From Candidatus Helarchaeota ASGARD archaeon Hel_GB_B (GTDB lineage: Archaea; Asgardarchaeota; Lokiarchaeia; Helarchaeales; HEL-GB-B), in assembly GCA_005191425.1 (NCBI GenBank), contig SUPR01000018.1, positions 1 through 32,000 of the forward strand: DNA of 32,000 nucleotides, read 5' to 3'. Numbering within the stretch: the stretch's first letter is position 1; each line of letters starts with the position of its first letter. Positions 1 to 8,705 of this stretch are shown here, piece after piece. A program made the translations under genes and the position numbers. The notes under the pieces were generated by a model. The model made no database searches. It saw nothing but the letters and a program-made list of their open reading frames with translations, and was not told the DNA's origin.

Positions 1-846
1 AAAATAAAGAGTTTTATTTATTCAATAGTTTTTGCTTCTGCTCTAATATTATTATTTCCTATTGAATATTATCCATATCTATTCTTAATTCTCATTATTT
101 TATCATTTCTATTTATAATTTTAGGCATAAAATCATTCATTAAATATCAAGATAAAGTTATTTTAACTCAGATAGATAATATAAAAAATTGGTACTTTAA
201 AGGTGTTTTTCTTGGATTACTTTTATTTTTACTTATATCTCCGACATTTGCTCCACAAAGACTATTTTATTATTTATTTTGGGGCACAGAAAACTTTCCA
301 ACTAATTTGAGTCTATCATTTCTATTATCTGCATTATATTTGGTAGGAATATTAATTTTAGAATTACTTGAAATTTACGATATTAAAATAAAAAATAAGA
401 AATATTTAATTATTATCTTTGTTACAGGAATAGTTTTATACATATTAATGCCTTTGATAGCCAATGGAATTTTGTTTTTTGTTTTAAGTTTTTCTATTTT
501 CATTATTGGTATATTATTAATTATTGATTATTTTTTCAATAATTTTAAATTCATAAGAATTGGAGTTTCAAATAATTTCATAGCCGAGAAAAAAGGATTA
601 AGTGGATTTACAGCCCAATTATCTTTTTGGTTAATGATAGGCCTATTTTTAATTTTTGTGCCGCCATCAATTATAATAGCTGATACGCAAGATATTTTTG
701 CAACAATAGGAATTTCATCAATTGGCCAAATAACCTGGCCATCATATTTTTGGGCATTTTTTTATATTCCTCCAATTCAATATATTTTAATTATTCCTAC
801 AACGATAGGTATTTTAATTTATGGAATAATCTCATTATTTATTTAA
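1..846 (+). CDS. Multi-pass membrane protein of unknown function, 5'-truncated by the window edge
   Basis: Frame +1 is open from base 1 (KIKSFIYSIVFASALILLFPIEYYPYLF...) through the ORF-track start at 307 to TAA at 844-846. It has many hydrophobic segments. Confidence 0.8.
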   Translation, partial: KIKSFIYSIVFASALILLFPIEYYPYLFLILIILSFLFIILGIKSFIKYQDKVILTQIDNIKNWYFKGVFLGLLLFLLISPTFAPQRLFYYLFWGTENFPTNLSLSFLLSALYLVGILILELLEIYDIKIKNKKYLIIIFVTGIVLYILMPLIANGILFFVLSFSIFIIGILLIIDYFFNNFKFIRIGVSNNFIAEKKGLSGFTAQLSFWLMIGLFLIFVPPSIIIADTQDIFATIGISSIGQITWPSYFWAFFYIPPIQYILIIPTTIGILIYGIISLFI

Positions 847-1007
847 AATCATTATTATAATTTAAGTTTATTAATACTAAGATTGAAAAAATTTAAGAAA
901 ACAACCCAAAAAATTGAGAACTTAAATTAATTGATTTTTAAATATTATTGTTCTTTAAAATATAATGATTTTAAAAAAAAATTTAAAAATTAATTATAAT
1001 TTGTTAA

Positions 1008-1250
1008 ATGGGTGATTTAGATATGGTTAAAAAAGATAGGATTCTACCAATTGCACCAGTTGACAGAATAATTCGAAAAGCCGATGTGGATCGAGTTTCT
1101 GAGAGTGCAGCTGAAACTTTAGCGGAAATTTTAGAAAAGATTGGTATTGAAATCTCGAAAATTGCATTAGAAATGGTAAAACATAGGAAACATAAAATAA
1201 TAAATGGTGAAGATATTAAGTTAGCTTGGAAAATATTTAAAGAGAAATAA
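1008..1250 (+). CDS. Archaeal histone (HMf-type histone fold), divergent variant
   Basis: LPIAPVDRIIRKADVDRVSESAAETLAEILE...H....I..EDIKLA aligns without gaps to HMfB ([31 protein letters not shown]...HAGRKTIKAEDIELA). Start could be ATG 1023. Confidence 0.93.
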   Translation: MGDLDMVKKDRILPIAPVDRIIRKADVDRVSESAAETLAEILEKIGIEISKIALEMVKHRKHKIINGEDIKLAWKIFKEK

Positions 1251-1434
1251 TTTTAAAAAAAAATCCATTTAAAATATTATTTATTGATTTTCAAAATCTA
1301 TTTTACCATAGTCTATAAATATTTAAACAAATAATCTCATAATCGTTTATAGTGATATTTCGAATTTAAATTATTCAAATAAGAAAGAATAACTGAAGCA
1401 TATAAAAAGAGTAAAAATATTTGAGGAATTTTTT

Positions 1435-2058
1435 ATGTCAGATGATAAAGATTTTAACCCATATTCATCTCCGCTTCCAATTCCAGGTACTAGTTATCTT
1501 GTTCAATTAGGTAAACAAATTAGCTCAAATAAGTGGCAGGTTAGGATCGTTAAAGGGCGAGAAATTATTGCAGACCGAGTTTTAGCAGAACCTGAACTAA
1601 ATGGAAATACGATTATTGGATTTATTATGCAAGAAGTGGCAATTCCTATGATAAATCCATATCAAATAAGTAAAACAGTTAAATTATTAATAAAGCAGGG
1701 AGAGCGAGGACCTTTAGCTGAACGTCCTACATTAATGGAACCACCAATGCCTGAAAAACAAGGTGTATCCTCAGCAAATGCTCCAGCACCCAGTTCTTCT
1801 TCAAATATAACAACGACACCAGTTCAGACTGCATCAGAATATGATGTATTGATGCAACCTAGGACTTCTACAACAATATCGACAACATCTACAGGTCAAG
1901 AAGCTGGGACATGCCCAAGATGTAAAAGTCCTATTGAAGAATCATTTTATTATTGCCCAATTTGTGCTAAACAACTAAAACAAAAATACTGCCCGGGCTG
2001 CAACCGAGAAATAAGACCAGATTATCAATTATGTCCTTATTGTGGATTAAAATTATAA
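1435..2058 (+). CDS. Protein with N-terminal globular domain, P/S/T-rich linker and C-terminal double zinc ribbon
   Basis: C-terminal CPRC..CPIC..CPGC..CPYC, a low-complexity linker (APAPSSSSNITTTP), and GAGGA upstream. Confidence 0.8.
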   Translation: MSDDKDFNPYSSPLPIPGTSYLVQLGKQISSNKWQVRIVKGREIIADRVLAEPELNGNTIIGFIMQEVAIPMINPYQISKTVKLLIKQGERGPLAERPTLMEPPMPEKQGVSSANAPAPSSSSNITTTPVQTASEYDVLMQPRTSTTISTTSTGQEAGTCPRCKSPIEESFYYCPICAKQLKQKYCPGCNREIRPDYQLCPYCGLKL

Positions 2059-2082
2059 TATTATCGAGGAAAGGGTCTTACA

Positions 2083-3063
2083 ATGACAAACTGTCAGAAA
2101 TGTGGTAAAGAAGTATATATGCCTTTTAAGTGTAAATACTGCGGTGGATTATTTTGTTCAAAACATAGACTGCCCGAGAACCATAATTGCCCAAAAATTG
2201 GAGAAGCAATTACTTTAGAAAATGAACCAAATGTTGTAGATATATATCAAGAACCGGAATATACAGCATCTGCACCTATATCATCAGTTCAAGAAACTGT
2301 TCCATGGGAGCCTCCAGAAGATAACCCAAATATTAGTGGTCCATTTTATGACGAAAATGGGAATATCTATTATGAAGAGAGAATACCAATATATAAAATT
2401 AATAGACCAGACAAACCAGTTTTAAAATATTTTAGTAAAAAAGAACTTTATCACTTGAGTATTGGTATACTCTTAATGTTTGGAGTATCATTTTCCATGT
2501 TTTATTCATATATGTTATGGTTTCCTAATTTGTTTAATTTTTCTCTTGCCCAAATTATTGTATTATGCGGTATAGTTGTTCCTGGATTTTTATTCCATGA
2601 ATTAGGACATAAATTTGTAGGAATTCACATTAACTGTTGGTCTGAATTTCGGCTGATTAAAAGAACAGCAATACTTACTGCGATTACAATTATTCCCATA
2701 CCATTCATTAAATTTGTTTTACCTGGAGCCGTTATGATTTCAGAAATTGATCCAGATAAAGATAGGGAGAAAATGGGTAAAATTGCTATAGCTGGGCCGA
2801 TTGTCAATTTTGTCATAGGTATTATTTTACTTTTTTTCGGTATCAATTTTGTAATGAATTTAAATTACACAACAAAATTATGGGGTTTCACAATTTTAAT
2901 GGGTACAGCCTTGAACATTAATCTGGGTGTTTTCAATTTAATACCTGTTTTGGTATTAGATGGATTGAAAATATACAAATGGAATAAAATATATTATTTT
3001 ATCTCGCTATCGATTGGAATAATTTTGTTAATAATAACATTTTGGTTTTTAAGCATTGTTTAA
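2083..3063 (+). CDS. AN1-type zinc finger fused to M50 (site-2 protease) intramembrane metalloprotease
   Basis: N-terminal CQKC...PFKCKYCGGLFCSKHRLPENHNC (AN1), HELGH (HExxH), AGP, NLIPVLVLDG (NxxPxxxLDG) and TM helices. Confidence 0.88.
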   Translation: MTNCQKCGKEVYMPFKCKYCGGLFCSKHRLPENHNCPKIGEAITLENEPNVVDIYQEPEYTASAPISSVQETVPWEPPEDNPNISGPFYDENGNIYYEERIPIYKINRPDKPVLKYFSKKELYHLSIGILLMFGVSFSMFYSYMLWFPNLFNFSLAQIIVLCGIVVPGFLFHELGHKFVGIHINCWSEFRLIKRTAILTAITIIPIPFIKFVLPGAVMISEIDPDKDREKMGKIAIAGPIVNFVIGIILLFFGINFVMNLNYTTKLWGFTILMGTALNINLGVFNLIPVLVLDGLKIYKWNKIYYFISLSIGIILLIITFWFLSIV

Positions 3064-3383
3064 TTAACAAAAAAATAAAAGCTATTGAATTAAAATATTT
3101 CAAATTTGAATTATTGTAAAGGAAAACCTATTATTTTACCAATAGTAAGTAGAAAATCAGTTAATAAATCATCCAATAAAATTAATAAATCCCAAATTTA
3201 ATTTTTTTTATGGTTTTCTGTCATAACTTTAATGCTGTTAAAATATGCGTAGTTCTTTAATAATTAAATAAATTTTTTAATTAATAATAATATATTATCT
3301 CAGTTTGAAATATTAGAAAGGGTTTATTTAGAATGATTACACCCATAATAAATGTAAATTATGAAAAAAAAGTATTTATAGAT

Positions 3384-4112
3384 TTAAACTTTCATAACCT
3401 TCCCGGAAACAGCATCGACCAATACTTTATAATTTATTTCTTTATATTCTAATATAACATTGAAAACTGGACTTAAAACAATTTGGATTAATGGTACTTC
3501 AAAAATTTCTTCTAAAATTCTCTGAGCATCAGTAGGCCTATTCATTATGCCCAATCGTAACTTTTCAATTGCAAGTTCTGGGCTTACTTTTAATACTGCA
3601 ATTTGATCTTTATGAGTTTCAAGAAAATCGCTTGGGGCATCTTCTAAAGCCATCTGTACAATCTCTTGAGGGTCAATTTTTTTACCTTGCGGATCAAAAG
3701 CTAATTCATCCTCAGCTTGATATAATATTTTTTCAACAAAGTCAATAGTAAGGGTTTTTCCTTTACTTTTTCCTTTGGTAAATGGCTCTGGTGATCCTAA
3801 ATCAATAATTTCATCAAATACTTTAGCCCCTATTACATTAGACGCTGTTGTAATTGAGATATGTTTTTTTCGGAGATAAGTGATCCGATATTCACCTCTT
3901 ACTCTTATATATGCATTATACCCAGGTTCTAATGATTTTATAATAACATCATTAACATTCTTACCAGCTTTTGTTAATTTTCCCTTTTTTTGTTCAATTA
4001 AAGTTTGTGCTTGATGACGGTCTACTAATTTGCGGATAAAATAGACTCGTTGCTTCTCTATTTTTTCTTTTAAAGGGCTATTTGGACCTTTAATATCAAA
4101 GTCTTCACTCAT
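3384..4112 (-). CDS. Conserved archaeal hypothetical protein
   Basis: Clean ORF. ATG at 4112 is preferred because the ORF-track GTG (4124) lies inside a GGAGTGA Shine-Dalgarno. It ends in YKVLVDAVSGKV and resembles uncharacterised proteins I recall from Bathyarchaeia/Asgard. Confidence 0.7.
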   Translation of the reverse strand: MSEDFDIKGPNSPLKEKIEKQRVYFIRKLVDRHQAQTLIEQKKGKLTKAGKNVNDVIIKSLEPGYNAYIRVRGEYRITYLRKKHISITTASNVIGAKVFDEIIDLGSPEPFTKGKSKGKTLTIDFVEKILYQAEDELAFDPQGKKIDPQEIVQMALEDAPSDFLETHKDQIAVLKVSPELAIEKLRLGIMNRPTDAQRILEEIFEVPLIQIVLSPVFNVILEYKEINYKVLVDAVSGKVMKV

Positions 4113-4347
4113 TATATTTTTCACTCCAAATTCATTTATAAAATAATATTTTTAAAATGATTTAAATACATTATTCAAAATTACCAAATTTTGAAAAAGT
4201 TATGAAATTACATTCAAATTTTAATCAAAATAAATACTCTATTTAATTAAAAAGTAGTGAATTTCTAATAAGAACTTTAATAAAATATTTATTTTTAAAA
4301 AAACATTTATTTTTTTATTAATTTAAATTAATTGTACGCTTTTTAAA

Positions 4348-5904
4348 TTAATTGGTTAATTTTAATTCTAAATTTTCTCTACAATAAGAAATTATTTGAA
4401 TCATTTTAACGATTGGATTTTTTATCAATTCTGATTTACATTCATGGATATAATTTCTTAGATCTTGCTTTTTATTTTTAGTTAGTAATGAGAAATCAGG
4501 TAATTGAACATTCATATTATTAACTAAAATAGTCCGGGTCGTCCGTCGCCCCTGAGGATCAATTTCAGGCCGTAAATAGATAATATCACAAAATGGAATA
4601 ATATTTTTCAAAAAATTGGTTAACCATTTCATTTGAGCTTCTAATTTATTAAATTTTTCCAGTTTATCAATAAATACTATATTGAAACCTAAAATTGGAG
4701 GACTAATCCTATAAAATTCACCTTTAAATTGGGTTCGATATTTAATGGGTATTATAAAAATTCGTTCATCATCCGAAATACCTTGTAAAATAGCTGAACT
4801 AATACTATTTGTAGAAATTACTCGAATTATCTTAGATTGGTATTTTTGCAAATTTTCATAAAAAATATTAATTATTTGAGGATAATCAGCTTCATTTATT
4901 TTAGTATGGTGATAATCCGCAGCTGCTACATTAGCAGTAAATGAATTAAAGAGATAAATCTGCATTTTAGGATCCATACTACTCGTTATTTCTCGAAATA
5001 TGATATTCAAAAGAGGATGAATTGCAATTTCATTTCCATATTGTATATCTGATAAAATTTGGCTTGCACTGAGTCCACCAAAAATTGGGTTGTCAAATGC
5101 ATCCTTATAAATATCAATTCTATTCTTAAAAGGGCTATCAAGCAAGTTATTTCTTCTCAATACCTCTCTTAAAAATTTAGTGGCTAAATAAATCATGTTT
5201 TGCAAGATAGTATCATAAATATGATTTGGGTTCACTTGAATAACTGAAAAAGTTAAATATTTATCGATAGGAATAGAAATATCAAATTGTATTAAATTAT
5301 TAGATAATTCTAAACTTTTTATCTCTTGAAAATTATCAATCCATTCAAAAGATTGTTTGGTAAATTTTAAGATTGCCATCTCATTTCCAAAATTTTTTAA
5401 GGAATCCATATAACCCAATGTAAGAGAGTCTTCTGAATCTATTGGATAAGAATAGACATATATTCCATCTTTTGTACTAATCATCATTTTTGGTATTCGT
5501 TTTTTAATCAAAAATCGCAATTTGTTTTTATTATAAGTAAAATTCAGATCAGATAGTAATTTATTAATTCTATCTTCAGCATCAATTAAATCATCAACAT
5601 CGGAAGTATTGACCAAAAAATTTAACCTGTATTTAGTGCCAGTTCGTCTGGTTATCCAAATATCTTTACCCAGCCTAAGCCAATCTTGATCTACAAAACA
5701 AACTCGAAATGAAGTTCGTATAAGTGCATGACTTGGCTTTTTAGTCTTGTCAAAAAAGGTTGGAATATAGCTATAAACACTGTTAAATTCATCATCGACC
5801 TCTGGGGAGGTACCGCCCTTTAATTGATTACAAAATAACGATATTGAATTTCTTAGAGTTCTCAAATGTTTCCTACAATATTTTGACAATTCACTTTTCT
5901 TCAT
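4348..5904 (-). CDS. Hypothetical 518-aa protein with a probable central longin-like domain
   Basis: Long ORF. Residues ~140-250 (MMISTKDGIYVYSY...LTLGYMDSLKNFGNEM...IKSLEL...LTFSVI) follow the Asgard longin-like pattern. Confidence 0.65.
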   Translation of the reverse strand: MKKSELSKYCRKHLRTLRNSISLFCNQLKGGTSPEVDDEFNSVYSYIPTFFDKTKKPSHALIRTSFRVCFVDQDWLRLGKDIWITRRTGTKYRLNFLVNTSDVDDLIDAEDRINKLLSDLNFTYNKNKLRFLIKKRIPKMMISTKDGIYVYSYPIDSEDSLTLGYMDSLKNFGNEMAILKFTKQSFEWIDNFQEIKSLELSNNLIQFDISIPIDKYLTFSVIQVNPNHIYDTILQNMIYLATKFLREVLRRNNLLDSPFKNRIDIYKDAFDNPIFGGLSASQILSDIQYGNEIAIHPLLNIIFREITSSMDPKMQIYLFNSFTANVAAADYHHTKINEADYPQIINIFYENLQKYQSKIIRVISTNSISSAILQGISDDERIFIIPIKYRTQFKGEFYRISPPILGFNIVFIDKLEKFNKLEAQMKWLTNFLKNIIPFCDIIYLRPEIDPQGRRTTRTILVNNMNVQLPDFSLLTKNKKQDLRNYIHECKSELIKNPIVKMIQIISYCRENLELKLTN

Positions 5905-5955
5905 TTCAGATTTTACCCTGAAAATTCAATTGATTTAATGTAAATTTATTAAAAA

Positions 5956-7065
5956 TTAATTGAATATTGTTCCAGTTTTTATATTTTTTAATGCACTTAT
6001 AAAATCTTTAGGTTCCACCCCAGGAGATTCTATATTGTTATTCTTATAAAATTCTTTAATAATGGAATATATTTCATTTATATTAAACATTTTGCCTTTT
6101 AATTTATTTTCTAATAGTCTTAACGAGTTCGCTGGATATATAAAGAAGTCACCAGATATTAATAAATCTTTAATCTTCCCGTTCGAAAATTCAATAATAA
6201 TCTTGATCAACCCGCCCTTCGATTTATAAACTGTCTGAGCAACTCCCGAATTTTTAGATAATTTAATTTCTCGATTTAATAAATCTGTTTTAGCTTCATT
6301 AAACATATAAGTCCACTCTGGATTTGTATATTTTTTGTATAATTTATTCATAATTTCATTTTCTTCTTTTGTTAATGAGCCATTTTCACATTTAACTCCA
6401 ATTATGTCTTCAAAATTTTGTTTAAATTTTTTTATAATTTCAGATGTCGGTGGAATATAACCTAATTCTTCCTTAATTGTAGTTAATCGCTCTTTTAATG
6501 ATTTAAATACTTTATCCCTAAATTTTTCATCGGGCACCTTTAAAATTTTTATCATAGTTTCATAATCAAAATCCAATAGGAAATTTCCTGTGAGAATTTT
6601 CGATTTTTCATATTCTCCTGCTCCAGTCCCACTTATTTTTTTATTATTGACTTCAATATCATTTACAGGCCTAAATATCGCATGAATTCCAAAATCATTG
6701 TAAGTTTTTACTACTGGTTTTAAAAAAATTTTATAAAATTTTGCAAAAGATTTTGGTAAGATTGATGATTTTTCATTAATTATATACTGATAAAATATCT
6801 GGTCTTTATTCAAATAAACAGCACCACCACCAATTATTCTCCGAACTACCGGTATATTGTGTAGTTTGCAATAATTTAAGTCAATTTCTTGTTTTGCAAT
6901 TTGATGATAACCTAAACAAACTAGTGGACTATTAGGCCAGCAAATTATGATTGTATCAGGAATTTCGTAACTTGATTGAGCTTTTGCAACAGATTCATAA
7001 ATTGTCTGTGTTTCTATTGGTGAAATTCCATTAATCTCTAAAATTCTAACGATATTTTTGCCCAT
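5956..7065 (-). CDS. lplA: Lipoate-protein ligase / octanoyltransferase family protein with fused C-terminal LplA accessory domain
   Basis: VCLGYHQ...IPVVRRIIGGGAVY, PVNDIEVNNKKISGTG (catalytic Lys), and a C-terminal KSKGGLIK...ISGDFF domain. Confidence 0.9.
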   Translation of the reverse strand: MGKNIVRILEINGISPIETQTIYESVAKAQSSYEIPDTIIICWPNSPLVCLGYHQIAKQEIDLNYCKLHNIPVVRRIIGGGAVYLNKDQIFYQYIINEKSSILPKSFAKFYKIFLKPVVKTYNDFGIHAIFRPVNDIEVNNKKISGTGAGEYEKSKILTGNFLLDFDYETMIKILKVPDEKFRDKVFKSLKERLTTIKEELGYIPPTSEIIKKFKQNFEDIIGVKCENGSLTKEENEIMNKLYKKYTNPEWTYMFNEAKTDLLNREIKLSKNSGVAQTVYKSKGGLIKIIIEFSNGKIKDLLISGDFFIYPANSLRLLENKLKGKMFNINEIYSIIKEFYKNNNIESPGVEPKDFISALKNIKTGTIFN

Positions 7066-7750
7066 TTTTTAGATACCTTTTATATTATTAATATTTAATT
7101 ATCTTTTATATCCTTTTTCTATAAAATTAATGCTATATATTATGAAATTTTGAATTTTAATAAATTTTAATTTAGATATATATCATCTATAATTTTTACT
7201 TTAATGTTTAGGAAAATGATAACTTTTTCGCGAATTATTTATATTATTCTCTTTTAAAAAAATGACTAAAAATCTTATGATTTTCTACAATTTTAAGTTT
7301 AATATAGATTACATTGATAACCATTAATTAATATGATAGTAGAAAGCTATTTTTAATGAAAATTATAGAATCATTTTATCTGATCGACTAAAGAAAATTG
7401 AATTTATCAATTATTATTTAAATTTATAGGAAAATATGCATTAAAAAGCAAAAATAAAATAAAAACAATGAAAAAAATTATAAATAAAATTCTGAACTAT
7501 TTAAAGAATCGTTTTTAAAAAATAATTAATATTATAATGTTTTTTACTAAAATTTAAGAGATTAAAAGTTATATAATAAAATTAAATAAAATTTAAATTT
7601 AAAATTACAAAATAGATATTATTTTTGAGAAAGATACTTTAAATTGGGATATAATAACTGCAAAAACATAGAAAGATTCTTTAAGTAGTAGAAAGAAAAT
7701 AAAATATCTACTAATTTTAATTCAATAAAAATTAAATTTTGGTGTTTCAA

Positions 7751-8542
7751 TTGAATTTAGGATTAGAAAATAAAAATGTGATTATAACAGCGGCTAGTAA
7801 AGGAATTGGCAAGGCTATTGCAAAAATTTTTGTAGAAGAAGGGAGTAATATTGCAATTTGTGCCAGAAATAAGGACGATTTAGAAGAAACTAAGTCAGAA
7901 TTACTAAAATTAACAGATAAAATGGTAATAGCAAATCAATGCAACCTTACTAAAACTGCTAGTATTGATAATTTTTTTGATTTTATTATGGATTATTTTA
8001 AACGGATAGATATTTTAATAAATAATGCAGGAGGCCCACCAAGTGGGAAGTTTGACGACTTTAATATTAATGATTGGAAGAATGCATATAATTTAAACCT
8101 TAATAGCACAATATATATGTGCAAAAAAGTTATTCCCATCATGAAATCTAATAAATGTGGCAGAATAATAAATATGACATCTGTTTCAGTAAAACAACCT
8201 CTTAATAACTTAATTTTATCAAATGTTATGCGAGCTGGAGTAATTGGTCTCACAAAAAGTTTAGCTAATGAATTAGCACCCTATAATATTTTAGTTAATT
8301 CAGTGTGCCCGGGTTATACATTTACTGAACGGGTTCGATCTTTGTCAGAAAATATTGCAAAAAAAAATAATGTAAAAATACAAGATATCATAGACCAATG
8401 GCAATCTACTATTCCGCTTGGACGATTGGCAAAACCTGAGGAAATTGCAAATGTTGTAGTTTTCTTAGCTTCAGAAAAAGCAAGTTACATTACTGGCACT
8501 ACAATTCAAGTAGATGGCGGATTTGTAAAATCATTATTATAA
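7751..8542 (+). CDS. Short-chain dehydrogenase/reductase, 3-oxoacyl-reductase-like subfamily
   Basis: TAASKGIG, NNAGG, LSNVMRAG and VDGG motifs. Likely start is TTG 7751 after GGTG (MNLGLENK, a typical SDR N-terminus). Confidence 0.9.
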   Translation: MNLGLENKNVIITAASKGIGKAIAKIFVEEGSNIAICARNKDDLEETKSELLKLTDKMVIANQCNLTKTASIDNFFDFIMDYFKRIDILINNAGGPPSGKFDDFNINDWKNAYNLNLNSTIYMCKKVIPIMKSNKCGRIINMTSVSVKQPLNNLILSNVMRAGVIGLTKSLANELAPYNILVNSVCPGYTFTERVRSLSENIAKKNNVKIQDIIDQWQSTIPLGRLAKPEEIANVVVFLASEKASYITGTTIQVDGGFVKSLL

Positions 8543-8705
8543 TAATTTTTTTAATTTAACCGAAAAAAAGATAAAAAATTTTGAAATAGCCAGCTGTTTT
8601 TACAATTTTAGTTTTTGACCAAATTTGTTTTCGGAAACATTTTATCAAAAATTAATAGTGAAAATGTTTTTATTTACTATTTTATTATTATATAACAATT
8701 TATAA

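Noticed and set aside
3100-3225. Possible tiny minus-strand ORF (MTENHKKN*IWDLLILLDDLLTDFLLTIGKIIGFPLQ) in a convergent intergenic gap
   Set aside because: Interrupted by TAA after 8 codons, with no SD or motif; expected by chance in AT-rich DNA.
7066-7750. Longest intergenic region (~680 bp, extremely AT-rich), considered as a replication origin, ncRNA or repeat locus
   Set aside because: No ORB-like G-strings, no adjacent cdc6/orc1, no repeat array and no GC-rich stem. Only short AT palindromes expected by chance; most simply a divergent promoter region.
8218-8241. SDR catalytic YxxxK replaced by SNVMR
   Set aside because: LSNxxRAG is the normal signature of a widespread known SDR subfamily, not a novel lesion.
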